In this document: positions 47,502 through 56,959 of the stretch, one piece after another | How the letters are laid out: each line of letters starts with the position of its first letter | How positions within the stretch are numbered: the first letter of the stretch is position 1 | DNA from: Opitutia bacterium | GTDB taxonomy: Bacteria; Verrucomicrobiota; Verrucomicrobiia; Opitutales; Opitutaceae | DNA length: 64,000 bases | Assembly: GCA_016187945.1 (NCBI GenBank) | Contig: JACPIT010000004.1 | Location: 306,854 to 370,853 of the forward strand | Direction of reading: 5' to 3' | Program-made: the position numbers and the translations under genes | The notes under the pieces: generated by a model | What the model was told of the DNA's origin: nothing | What the model saw: only the letters and a program-made list of their open reading frames with translations | The model's database searches: none

Positions 47502-47527
47502 TCGAGAAAAAGTGAATCGCAGAGGAC

Positions 47528-48226
47528 TTATTCGCCCGAACCGCTGCGGGTCGTCGTGTCGACGTCCGTCTTCGGGGTGTTATCCGGCGTGTTATTCGCG
47601 GGGGCGTCGTTGGATACCGTCGGCGTCGGCGTGACCGTGGAAACCACGGTGACAACATTCGCCGCCACTGTCGCCGCCGACTGAGCCGCGGCCGCGCCGA
47701 CCGATGCGTTCGCGGTTGACTGGGCCTGCACCGACTCGACCGAAGTGTTCGTCGCCGTGGCGACCGCCGAGACGATTTGCTCCGAGGACGCCGGAACGCT
47801 CGCCGACACCGCCGCCGTCACTGCGCCAGATTGGGAAGGAGCCGCCACCGAGACCGAAGCAGCCACCGCCGCCGCCTGCGTCGGCACCACGGTGACAACC
47901 GCTGCCGCGATGACCGCTGCTTGCGCGGGAGCAACCGTCGTGACCGCCGCCGCGACCTGAGCGGCTTGCGCGGGAACGATCGCCGACACCGTAGCCGCAA
48001 TCGTCGCGGCAGACTGCGGAGCGGCCGCGGTCGCGACGCTGGCAATCTGGGTCGCGAGACCCGGATGATCGGCCACGGCTTGCGCGATGGCCCGCGTATC
48101 GCCGGACTGCGCCGCGGCACGCACCTGGGCGGCAAGTTCTTCAGAGAGGACAGCAGTTTCCTGCGCGAATGAGAAAGCGGTCAAAAAGGAGACCACCAGG
48201 GCAAGCAGTAGTGAGCGTGTTTTCAT
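47528..48226 (-). CDS. Secreted Ala/Val/Gln-rich protein with six tandem 15-residue repeats
   Basis: Signal peptide MKTRSLLLALVVSFLTAFSFAQ. The unit xxPxQ[AS]xxVxAAVxx repeats across residues 68-157. The tail is Thr/Pro/Asn-rich. Confidence 0.6.
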   Translation of the reverse strand: MKTRSLLLALVVSFLTAFSFAQETAVLSEELAAQVRAAAQSGDTRAIAQAVADHPGLATQIASVATAAAPQSAATIAATVSAIVPAQAAQVAAAVTTVAPAQAAVIAAAVVTVVPTQAAAVAASVSVAAPSQSGAVTAAVSASVPASSEQIVSAVATATNTSVESVQAQSTANASVGAAAAQSAATVAANVVTVVSTVTPTPTVSNDAPANNTPDNTPKTDVDTTTRSGSGE

Positions 48227-48469
48227 AACTGTATAAGAGAGATGTAGGTCAGCGAGCTACGTGGCGGGATAAGAGAGCGTTCATCTCGCCAAAGCAACGC
48301 CTAAAGCAAATCTAGGACAAAAAGAGCAGAGCAGGTGCGGATTAGGAAATCGATGAAGGCCCACAGCGACGAAATCCGTCGCGCCACGTGAAGCATCCAC
48401 GACAACTCCGGCCATTAATTGCGTGCACAATCATTTTGCCTTTTCGCGGCTCCCCCGTTGGGTGTGCTC

Positions 48470-48961
48470 GTGAAAACTTCCCGTCCCATCGATTCCGGCG
48501 TTCGCATCGGCCATGTGCACCTGAAGGTTTCGGATCTGGAGCGCGCTCTGGATTTCTACTGCGGCGTGCTCGGCTTCGTGCTCGTGCAGCGCTACGGCAA
48601 GCAGGCCGCGTTCGTCTCCGCCGGCGGGTATCACCACCACCTCGGCCTTAACACCTGGGAAAGCCTTGGCGGCTCGCCGCCGATGCCTGGGACCACCGGA
48701 CTGTATCACGCGGCGATTCTCTACCCTACCCGCCGCTCGCTCGCCGACGCGCTGCGTCGTCTCGTCGAGGCCGATTGGCCGCTTGATGGCGCATCGGATC
48801 ACGGCGTCAGCGAAGCGCTCTATCTCCGCGACCCCGATCAGAACGGTCTCGAACTCTATCGCGACCGACCGGAGGCCGAGTGGCCTCGCACGCCGACCGG
48901 CGAACTGGCGATGGTCACGCAGGCGCTCGACCTGCGCGGACTACTGAGCGAGCCGCAATAA
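48470..48961 (+). CDS. VOC-family (glyoxalase/extradiol dioxygenase fold) protein
   Basis: IGHVHLKVSDLERALDFYCGVLGF...GGYHHHLGLNTW. The ORF-track start 48419 is TTG. An in-frame GTG at 48464 or 48470 is preferred, so the start is uncertain. Confidence 0.7.
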   Translation: MKTSRPIDSGVRIGHVHLKVSDLERALDFYCGVLGFVLVQRYGKQAAFVSAGGYHHHLGLNTWESLGGSPPMPGTTGLYHAAILYPTRRSLADALRRLVEADWPLDGASDHGVSEALYLRDPDQNGLELYRDRPEAEWPRTPTGELAMVTQALDLRGLLSEPQ

Positions 48962-49004
48962 TCCGCACCCGCGAAGCCGCGTCACGCAGCGCGGTGCCCC
49001 AACC

Positions 49005-49436
49005 TCAAGCGCACAGGCGTTGCGGGCGGGCCGGCCAGCGTTCGCCCAAGCGCTGCAACGCCTCCGTCAACGCAGTCGTCTGGCGCGCGAAACTCGGCTC
49101 CGTTTGCCGCGGCGCCCGCACGAGCCACCCACCAACCAACGAGCCGCCGTCAGGTCGTGCCCAGACGCGCAACGGCACATCCGCCAGCGGTTCGTGCGCA
49201 TCGCCGATCCGGAGATCGATGACACCAGTGCGCCCGTCCGCCTCCAATTCGAGAAACAAGTCCCCGAACGATGTCCACGCGCGCCAACCGCGCGCGGAAA
49301 TTTCGATCTCGGCGCAAAACTCCTCGGCCCAACGCGGGAGATTTTCGATGTCCGCCAAGTAAGCGAACACCTCGTCGCGTGGCGCAGCGATCGTCGCGTG
49401 CAGGGCACGCACCTCGGTGGTTTCGTCGGTCTTCAT
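49005..49436 (-). CDS. SRPBCC-superfamily (START/polyketide-cyclase-like) protein
   Basis: IAAPRDEVFAYLADIENLPRWAEEF is typical of SRPBCC N-termini. ATG checked at 49436. Confidence 0.55.
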   Translation of the reverse strand: MKTDETTEVRALHATIAAPRDEVFAYLADIENLPRWAEEFCAEIEISARGWRAWTSFGDLFLELEADGRTGVIDLRIGDAHEPLADVPLRVWARPDGGSLVGGWLVRAPRQTEPSFARQTTALTEALQRLGERWPARPQRLCA

Positions 49437-49807
49437 TTCGCGTAACGGTAATGGATGCACAACGAGTTGCCGTCCGGGTCGGCGACGATGGCCATGCGGC
49501 AAACGCCGCTGTCCATCGCGTCCAGAACGAATTTCGCTCCCGCCACCTTGAGCGCCGCGACCGCCGCGTCGAAATCCGCGACTTCGAGCGCGACCGAGGG
49601 GCCGTCGGCCGACGGTTTCCATTTTTCGGCGGCCATGTTGCTGATCGCGAGCGTCGCCGGACCGACGTCGTATTCGATCCAGTGCTTGCCCTCGTGCTCG
49701 AAGACCACGGTGGATTTCAGTCCGAGCGTCTGCTCGTAGAACGCGCGGGCGCGCGGCATGTCGGTGACCGGATACCCGGTGAAAGCAATGGCGGTGACGT
49801 CGATCAT
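49433..49807 (-). CDS. VOC/glyoxalase-family protein (paralog 1)
   Basis: PVTDMPRARAFYEQTLGL...VADPDGNSLCIH. ATGA overlap with the downstream SRPBCC gene. Confidence 0.7.
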   Translation of the reverse strand: MIDVTAIAFTGYPVTDMPRARAFYEQTLGLKSTVVFEHEGKHWIEYDVGPATLAISNMAAEKWKPSADGPSVALEVADFDAAVAALKVAGAKFVLDAMDSGVCRMAIVADPDGNSLCIHYRYAK

Positions 49808-49823
49808 GGGAAACGCGCGGCTC

Positions 49824-50204
49824 TTACGATGCGGCCGCTTTGCGCTGGTGGAGATAAATCGCATTGCCGTCGGGATCGACGACCGCGGCGCTGCGGCACA
49901 CGGGAAACTCGTTCGGTCCCCACACGAGCGCCACCCCGGCTGCGCGGAGGCCAGCGAGCGCCTCGTCGAAATTAGCGATCTCGAGCGCCACACCGGGACT
50001 CGCTCCCGCGCTGAGGCCGGGCATCTCGAAATTCGTGAGTGCGAGCGCGCCCTCGCCGGTGTCGTATTCGATCCACCACTTCCCGGGCGCGAACTCCATC
50101 TCGGCGCACTGCGCGAGGCCGAGCGTCTGCCCGTAGAACGCGCGCGTGCGCGCGACGTCCTTGAAATTGAAAATCGTGAAGGCGATGCCGGTTACTTTGA
50201 GCAT
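49824..50204 (-). CDS. VOC/glyoxalase-family protein (paralog 2)
   Basis: FKDVARTRAFYGQTLGL...VVDPDGNAIYLH. Clearly paralogous to 49433..49807. Confidence 0.7.
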   Translation of the reverse strand: MLKVTGIAFTIFNFKDVARTRAFYGQTLGLAQCAEMEFAPGKWWIEYDTGEGALALTNFEMPGLSAGASPGVALEIANFDEALAGLRAAGVALVWGPNEFPVCRSAAVVDPDGNAIYLHQRKAAAS

Positions 50205-50236
50205 GATCGGGATGGGTTGGAGTGGTTGGCGCGCAA

Positions 50237-50608
50237 TCACCGCACTGCGGCGGAATCGAAGTGCGGGTTGAAAATCAGGCCGAGCGTGTTGCCGAACGGG
50301 TCGACGACCGACGCCACGACGATGCCGCCACCCACCTCCGTCGGCTCCTCGAGCGAAGTCGCGCCGAGCGCGATCAGTCGCGCGTGCGTGGCACGCACAT
50401 CGTCGACGCCCCAATACGCCACGCCACCGCCCGGCCCGGCCGCAGGACGCGCGTCCGGCACCAGACCGAGCTCGAAACCGCCGACGTTGAAGCCGACATA
50501 GAACGGCTGGTCGAAATACGGCGCCCGGCCGAGCGCGTGCGCATACCATTCCTTCGCGCAGGCGAGATCCGGCGCGGCGAGCAAGTGCGAGCGAAGTCCT
50601 TTGAGCAT
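50237..50608 (-). CDS. VOC/glyoxalase-family protein (paralog 3, more divergent)
   Basis: APDLACAKEWYAHALG...VVDPFGNTLGLIFN. Confidence 0.65.
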   Translation of the reverse strand: MLKGLRSHLLAAPDLACAKEWYAHALGRAPYFDQPFYVGFNVGGFELGLVPDARPAAGPGGGVAYWGVDDVRATHARLIALGATSLEEPTEVGGGIVVASVVDPFGNTLGLIFNPHFDSAAVR

Positions 50609-50620
50609 GGCGCGTCTCCG

Positions 50621-51082
50621 TTACGCTTTCGGTTTCGTTTCCGCGGGCAGCGCCAATGACGCCTGTCCGAAAAAATAGCGCCAGCCTGTCGATGTGCGCA
50701 CGTAGGTGTCGCTGAACCAAAGCCGCTTGTCCAACGGCTGCCCTTTGTTCGTGCCTTTGAGCCGCAACAGCGCGGTGACGACCGCCGTATCGCCGCACAC
50801 GCGCACTTTCTGCGTGCCCGGTTCTTCGGCTTGGATTTTCCAAACGAAATCTCCGCCGCGCGCGCTCTCGAGGAGCTCGGCCTTGTTGTAGGCCTTGCCG
50901 GAACCGACGACCAACGTGAAGTCGTCCGCGAGGATGCGATCCATCGCCATCGCATCGTTGCGCTCCACGGCCGCCTGATAAGCGGTGTCGAGCGCGGCCA
51001 CCGCAGCGGCGTCTTCTTCGGGGGTCGCGCGAGCGGCGAGAGTGCTGACACACAGGACGGCGAGACAGGCGCGAAGCATCAT
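50621..51082 (-). CDS. SnoaL/DUF4440-like (NTF2 fold) secreted protein
   Basis: Signal peptide, then [28 protein letters not shown]...GWRYFFGQ. Confidence 0.6.
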   Translation of the reverse strand: MMLRACLAVLCVSTLAARATPEEDAAAVAALDTAYQAAVERNDAMAMDRILADDFTLVVGSGKAYNKAELLESARGGDFVWKIQAEEPGTQKVRVCGDTAVVTALLRLKGTNKGQPLDKRLWFSDTYVRTSTGWRYFFGQASLALPAETKPKA

Positions 51083-51118
51083 GCGCCGAACCTAGCAACG
51101 CGCGCTGACAGCCCTATG

Positions 51119-52093
51119 TCAGGAGCGTTCCGCCTCGGCCAGCGGCGCGTGTTGCGCGGCGATTTTTTCCGCCTCGAGCCGCACCAATTCGCGCAGTCGC
51201 GGCGGATCGAGCGCCTCGGCACACGTGCCGAACGACAACAGCCACCGCGCCATCCATTCGAGCGAAACGGTGAACAGCGAAAACTCCGCGCCGCCGTCGC
51301 GCGGGAGTTCCTCGATGAGCGTCGCGTAGCTCTCGCGGCGCGCTTTTTCCTGCACGTTGCGCGCGAACCACACGCGCGCCGGGATCGTCTCCAACCCCTC
51401 GTCGCGACTCCGCATATGCTCCGCGAGATTGAAGTCCGGCCGCGGCTCGAAACGCTCGCTGCGCAACTCCAGCCGCTTGATCCGGTCGATGCGGAAATGC
51501 CGCAGCCCCGTCCGCAACCGGCACCACGCAACGAGATACCACGAGCCACCGTAGAACACCACGCCGAGCGGCTCGACGTCGCGCTGCGTCTCGTCGGCGC
51601 GCGCGCCGCCGCGATAAGTCATCCGCAGCACGCGTCGTTGCACGACGCCCTGCTGCACGGGCAGCAGCATCGGCTGCTGCGCCGGGTCTTGATTGGGCCC
51701 AAAGCCTTTGCCGAGCACCAAGGTGCCGCGCACGAGCTTGTCGACGTGATCCTGCGATTCGCGCGGCAGCACGGCGCGGAGCTTGTCGAGCGCGCTCGTC
51801 ATCGGCACGTGCAGCGACGGATCGGTGAATTGCTTCACCAGTTCGCCGCCGACGAACAGCGACGACGCCTCTTCCGCCGTGAACATCACCGGCGGAAGGT
51901 GGTAGCCCTTCATCAGCGTGTAGCCGACGCCCGCCTCGCCGGCGATCGGCACACCGGCCTCGCTGAGCGCGGAGATGTCGCGATAAACCGTCCGCTCCGT
52001 CACCTCGAAATGCTCCGCCAGCTCGCAGGCGCGCACGACGCGACGGCCCTGCAAGTAGAGCACCATGGCGACGAGGCGATCGGTCCGATTCAT
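51119..52093 (-). CDS. YafY-family HTH + WYL transcriptional regulator
   Basis: [43 protein letters not shown]. The WYL segment is [35 protein letters not shown] checked at 52093. Confidence 0.85.
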   Translation of the reverse strand: MNRTDRLVAMVLYLQGRRVVRACELAEHFEVTERTVYRDISALSEAGVPIAGEAGVGYTLMKGYHLPPVMFTAEEASSLFVGGELVKQFTDPSLHVPMTSALDKLRAVLPRESQDHVDKLVRGTLVLGKGFGPNQDPAQQPMLLPVQQGVVQRRVLRMTYRGGARADETQRDVEPLGVVFYGGSWYLVAWCRLRTGLRHFRIDRIKRLELRSERFEPRPDFNLAEHMRSRDEGLETIPARVWFARNVQEKARRESYATLIEELPRDGGAEFSLFTVSLEWMARWLLSFGTCAEALDPPRLRELVRLEAEKIAAQHAPLAEAERS

Positions 52094-52154
52094 ACGCCCT
52101 GCAACGTGCCGGGCGGGGCCGACGCGCGCGAGAAATTTTCGCTGCGCGCGCCTG

Positions 52155-52308
52155 AAGCTCCAAGCTCCAACATCCAAGCTCCAGAGAAGCTCCAAACCGG
52201 GATCCCACCACGACACGGATGCACAGAGGTTCGTCTTCGTGTGTCTGTGCCTCCGTGGTTTGAAACTTTGATGTTTTTCTGGAGCTTGGATGTTGGAGCT
52301 TGGAGCTT
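52155..52308. repeat. 154-bp palindromic element with perfect 31-bp arms
   Basis: aagctccaagctccaacatccaagctccaga (52155..52185) is the exact reverse complement of 52278..52308. The element lies between the divergent YafY regulator and tdk. Confidence 0.8.
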
Positions 52309-52336
52309 TCTCTCCGTCCGCTTTGAATCCCGTCGC

Positions 52337-52918
52337 ATGTCGAAGGTCTATTTCTACTACTCGGCGATGAACGCCGGTAAATCCACCGTGCTCCTCCAAT
52401 CGAGCTACAACTACCGCGAACGCGGCATGCACACGTTGCTCTTCGTCCCCGCGATCGACACCCGCGCCGGCACCGGCCGCATCGAGTCGCGCATCGGCCT
52501 CGGCGCCGACGCGATGGCGCTCCAGCCCGACGAAAACGTTTTCGACCACGTCAAAGCCGCCCACGCCGCCCAGCCCGTCGCCTGCGTCCTGATCGACGAG
52601 GCGCAATTCCTCACCCGCCCCCAAGTCGAGCAACTCACCGACGTCTCCGACCGCCTCGGCATCCCCGTGCTCTGCTACGGCCTGCGCACCGATTTTCAGG
52701 GTCAACTCTTCCCCGGCAGCGCCGCGCTCCTCGCGCTGGCCGACAATCTCATCGAACTCAAAACCATCTGCCACTGCGGCCGCAAAGCCACCATGAACCT
52801 CCGCGTCGGGCCCGACGGCCGCGCCGTGAGGGAAGGCGCACAGGTCGAGATCGGCGGCAACGAGCGCTACGTCGCGATGTGCCGCCGCCACTACAAGGAC
52901 GCGCTCGCGCAGGCTTGA
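52337..52918 (+). CDS. tdk: Thymidine kinase
   Basis: P-loop [19 protein letters not shown], and the Zn ribbon CHCGRKAT...MCRRHY. ATG checked at 52337. Confidence 0.9.
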   Translation: MSKVYFYYSAMNAGKSTVLLQSSYNYRERGMHTLLFVPAIDTRAGTGRIESRIGLGADAMALQPDENVFDHVKAAHAAQPVACVLIDEAQFLTRPQVEQLTDVSDRLGIPVLCYGLRTDFQGQLFPGSAALLALADNLIELKTICHCGRKATMNLRVGPDGRAVREGAQVEIGGNERYVAMCRRHYKDALAQA

Positions 52919-53145
52919 TTTAGCGCCCTCGGTTCCGAGGTGCAAAAATGTGACGCGGCACTCCGCGTGAGCTGCCGCGTCCGACGAACGTCGCATCCCC
53001 TTGCGCTGCCACGAGTCCGGCCGGCGTGCGTCGGCCCGCCGCATTCGGCGCGCGCGCATCGCTCGCTTTCACGCCTGTCGGACGCCTTCAGGCCCGTCGC
53101 CGCCGGCCGATTAGGAGGCCGATCGGTCACGCTCGCACCTCTTTC

Positions 53146-54669
53146 ATGAAAAAACTCACCATTCCCCAGCGGATATTGGGCGGCTTCAGCTTGCTGCTCG
53201 TCGCTGCCGTCGCCGGCGGCGCCTTCGCCTACCTGCGCCTCATCGAAGTGCGCCGGACCACCGACGCCGTCACCCACGACGCCCTGCCGACGATCCAGTT
53301 GCTCCGGCAAATCCAAAACGCCGTCCAGGCCAACGTCACCAACACCTACCAGCACGCGATCACCGACAACGCCAACCAGGCCCGCTTCGACGAGATCGAA
53401 GCCGAGATGAAACGCGGCAGCGCCGGCATCACCGAATGCTACAAGCAGCTCGAACCGCTGCTCACGAGCGGCGAGGACAAGGCCTCCTACCAAAAAATCC
53501 TCGCCGCCCGCGGCCGCTACACCGGCACGCGCGGCGAACTCCTCAAGCAAAGCCGCCAGCTCACCGGCGACGAGATGGGCCGCCTCCTCGATTCCCAACT
53601 CGTCCCGCGCCGCGACGAATACCTCGCCGCCATCGACGAACTCATGGCGCGCAAATCCGCCCTCGGCCAGACCGCCAGCGCCACCGTCGACGCCACCGTG
53701 CGCACCTCCACGCGCCTCATCGCCCTCGGCGTCGGCGTCTCCGTCCTCGTCGGCAGCCTCCTCTCGTGGTGGATCATCCGCGTCACCTCGCGCGCCCTGC
53801 GCGACATCGCCGGCCAGCTCACCTCCGGCTCCGCCCAAGTCGCCAGCGCCGCCACCCAAGTCAGCGGCTCCGCCCAAACCCTCGCCTCCGGCTCGTCCGA
53901 ACAGGCCGCCTCAATCGAGGAGACCAGCGCCTCGCTCGAGGAGATTTCCTCGATGACGAAGCGCAACGCCGAGTCAGCCGGCCAGGCCAAGCAACTCGCC
54001 AACGGCACCCGCACCGCCGCCGAGGCGGGCGCGACCGACGTCACCGCGATGAACGACGCCATGGGCGACATCAAAGCCTCCTCCGACAACATCGCCAAAA
54101 TCATCAAGACGATCGACGAGATCGCGTTTCAGACGAATATCCTCGCGCTCAACGCCGCCGTCGAAGCCGCCCGCGCAGGCGAGGCCGGCGCCGGTTTCGC
54201 CGTCGTCGCCGAGGAAGTCCGCAACCTCGCCCAGCGCTCCGCCACCGCCGCGAAAGAGACCGCCGAGAAAATCGAAGACGCCATCGCCAAGAGCGCGCAC
54301 GGCGCCGACATCTCCAGCCGCCTCGCCAAATCGCTCGACGAAATCGTCGGCAAAGCGCGCAAGGTCGACGACCTCGTCGCCGAGATCGCCCAAGCCTCGC
54401 AAGAGCAGGCGCAGGGCATCAACCAGGTGCTGAACGCCGTCACGCAGATGGACAAAGTCACGCAATCGAACGCCGCCAGCGCCGAGGAATCCGCCGCCGC
54501 CGCCGAGGAACTCAACGCACAAGCGCACCTCCTCGACAACGCCGTCACGCAACTCGAGCAGCTCGTCGGCGGCCAGCACTCCGTCGCCGTCGCCCCGCCG
54601 CCCGCGCGCGTCGCCACCGCGGCCGCGCACGCCCGCCCGGCGAAACGCGAACTCGCCGCGACGCACTGA
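53146..54669 (+). CDS. Methyl-accepting chemotaxis protein (4HB-type sensor, HAMP, MA domain)
   Basis: [43 protein letters not shown]-terminal TM segment plus a four-helix sensor. ATG checked at 53146. Confidence 0.9.
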   Translation: MKKLTIPQRILGGFSLLLVAAVAGGAFAYLRLIEVRRTTDAVTHDALPTIQLLRQIQNAVQANVTNTYQHAITDNANQARFDEIEAEMKRGSAGITECYKQLEPLLTSGEDKASYQKILAARGRYTGTRGELLKQSRQLTGDEMGRLLDSQLVPRRDEYLAAIDELMARKSALGQTASATVDATVRTSTRLIALGVGVSVLVGSLLSWWIIRVTSRALRDIAGQLTSGSAQVASAATQVSGSAQTLASGSSEQAASIEETSASLEEISSMTKRNAESAGQAKQLANGTRTAAEAGATDVTAMNDAMGDIKASSDNIAKIIKTIDEIAFQTNILALNAAVEAARAGEAGAGFAVVAEEVRNLAQRSATAAKETAEKIEDAIAKSAHGADISSRLAKSLDEIVGKARKVDDLVAEIAQASQEQAQGINQVLNAVTQMDKVTQSNAASAEESAAAAEELNAQAHLLDNAVTQLEQLVGGQHSVAVAPPPARVATAAAHARPAKRELAATH

Positions 54670-54718
54670 CTGGAGGTAGCGCGGAGCTTCAGCCCGCGCT
54701 GAATCGCACGCTTGCGTT

Positions 54719-54788
54719 GTAGGAGCGGCTTTACGCCGCGACTCGTTGCGCGCGCCGCGCCCGAGTCGCGGCGTAAAGCCGCTCCTAC
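54719..54788. repeat. 70-nt perfect hairpin (27-bp stem, 16-nt loop)
   Basis: gtaggagcggctttacgccgcgactcg (54719..54745) pairs exactly with cgagtcgcggcgtaaagccgctcctac (54762..54788). Confidence 0.85.
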
Positions 54789-55056
54789 AAAGAGTCTCGC
54801 CGGCAACCCCTCACCCTCTCCGGTGAATCGCCGACAGGCTGTGTCGAGGTCTCGCGCGGTAGCGCGGGTGGGCGCCGCTGTCCCCAGCGGCGCCTTCAGG
54901 GTGCGCTGCCCTTGACGACGTTCGCGTCGTCGCCAGGGACGGCGACGACCACCTCGGAACCGCTCGCGAAAATTGTGCGCTCGCGCGGCGCCACCGCCGC
55001 CTCACGGCGGCGGCTGCGTCACGGTCGCGACCGAATCCAACGAGCGCGCCGGCGCG

Positions 55057-56550
55057 TCAGTTCACCCACTTCACCTGCCGCATGTCGCCTTGTTCGAGGA
55101 ACGCGAGGTGCATCTTGAACGCGTTCTGTAGCGTCTGCGGCACATGCCCCTTCGCCGAAATCCGCAGGTAACCGCGCATCGCGTCGCGATACTCCGGATG
55201 CACGCATTTCTCGATCATGAGTTCCGCGCGCTCGCCGGGTGACTTGCCGCGAAGGTCCGCGACGCCGTGCTCGGTCACGACGATCTGCACCGAGTGCTCG
55301 CTGTGGTCGAGGTGCGTGACGAGCGGCACGATCGTGCTGATCGCACCCTTCTTCGCCACCGAGGGACAGGTGTAGATCGAGATGTGGGCGTTGCGGGTGA
55401 AATCGCCCGAGCCGCCGATGCCGTTCATCAGGTCGCGGCCCATCACGTGCGTGCTGTTCACGTTGCCGAACAAGTCGACTTCGATCGCAGTGTTGATCGT
55501 GATCAGGCCGAGGCGGCGCACGATCTCGGGGCTGTTGGTGATTTCCTGCGGGCGCAGCACGACGCGCGAGCGGAAGAACTCGAGGTCCGCGTAGAATTGC
55601 TGGAGCTGCGCCGGGCTCACCGTGAGCGAGCAACCCGACGCGAACGTGCATTTGCCGCTCTTGAGCAGGCTGATGACGGAGTCCTGGATCACCTCCGTAT
55701 ACATCATGAACGGCGGGATGCCCGGATTGGCGCCGAGCGCGCCGATGACGGCGTTGGCGATGTTGCCCACGCCGGATTGCAGCGGGAGGAAAGACGACGG
55801 CAACCGCCCCATCTTGATCTCGCCCGCGAGGAACTGCGCGACGTTCTCGCCGATCTTGTTCGTCACCGCGTCGGGCGCGTCGAAGCCGCCGGACTCGTCG
55901 GGCGTGTTCGTGAGCACCACGCCGGCGATCTTCTTCGGGTTGACCTTGATGAAGCTCGCGCCCACGCGGTCGGTCGGCGCGTAGATCGGGATCGCGCGAC
56001 GGAACGGCGGATCGGCCGGCTCGAAGAGATCGTGGAAACCCATCAAGTCGCCCGGATGGTGCGCGTTGAGCTCGACGATGATTTTGTCCGCGACGCGCGC
56101 GAAAGTGTTCGCGCAGCCGACCGAGGTCGTGAGCACGATCTCGCCCTGCGCGGTCACGTGGCTCGCCTCGAGGATGGCCCAATTCATCTTGCCGAACACG
56201 CCGCTGCGCACGGCCGGCTGCACCGCGGAGAGGTGCAGATCGAAGAACTGCGTGCGGCCCTCGTTGATCGATTTGCGCAGGATCGGATCGGACTGATACG
56301 GCGTGCGCCAGGCGATCGCCTCGGCCTCCGCCAGCGCGCCGTCGAGCGACTTGCCGGTCGAGGCGCCGGTGATGACGCCGAGCTTGAACGGCCGGCCGGC
56401 CGCGTGCTCGGCCTTGGCGCGCGCGGCGATCGCCAGCGGCACGACTTTGCACGCGCCCGCGGCCGTGAAGCCGCCGAAGCCGATCGTATCTTTATCCTGC
56501 ACCATTGCCGCAGCTTCCTGCGGCGTGAGCGTGGGGAACGGAGTGTTCAT
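55057..56550 (-). CDS. Succinyl-CoA:acetate CoA-transferase-like enzyme (AarC/ASCT/Cat1 family)
   Basis: LPLQSGVGNIANAV, GNVNSTHVMG and MNGIGGSGDF, with collinearity to my memory of AarC. ATG checked at 56550. Confidence 0.8.
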   Translation of the reverse strand: MNTPFPTLTPQEAAAMVQDKDTIGFGGFTAAGACKVVPLAIAARAKAEHAAGRPFKLGVITGASTGKSLDGALAEAEAIAWRTPYQSDPILRKSINEGRTQFFDLHLSAVQPAVRSGVFGKMNWAILEASHVTAQGEIVLTTSVGCANTFARVADKIIVELNAHHPGDLMGFHDLFEPADPPFRRAIPIYAPTDRVGASFIKVNPKKIAGVVLTNTPDESGGFDAPDAVTNKIGENVAQFLAGEIKMGRLPSSFLPLQSGVGNIANAVIGALGANPGIPPFMMYTEVIQDSVISLLKSGKCTFASGCSLTVSPAQLQQFYADLEFFRSRVVLRPQEITNSPEIVRRLGLITINTAIEVDLFGNVNSTHVMGRDLMNGIGGSGDFTRNAHISIYTCPSVAKKGAISTIVPLVTHLDHSEHSVQIVVTEHGVADLRGKSPGERAELMIEKCVHPEYRDAMRGYLRISAKGHVPQTLQNAFKMHLAFLEQGDMRQVKWVN

Positions 56551-56959
56551 GAAAAATTTTCGGAAGTGGAAAAACCTTGGCCGAGTTCGGCGCGTCCACC
56601 TTGTCAGGTTTCGGCGCCAGCCGCTGTGCAATGCTTGGCGCGCCGCGCGCGATTTTTGCGCCGAGACACGGAAACCGCCCCCGCCCCCGGACGCAACGCC
56701 GGTAGGGCGGCGACTCCCCTCGCCGCCGCGAAAGGTAGGGCGAGTCGTCCCCGACGAGCCGCCCGTTCGCGGCGTGGCGGTCGCCGCCGTCCCTGGCGGC
56801 GACAAGGACTCTCGCCGCCCCCACGACGTTCGAGTCGTCGCTGGGGACAGCGACGACCACCCTCGCTCTTGCAGAGCAAAATCCGGCCAAACCTCCCCAC
56901 GGAACGCGCAGCGACCGCCGTTGCTGGCCTTATGACAGATCGGCTACGCTCGCCGTCAA

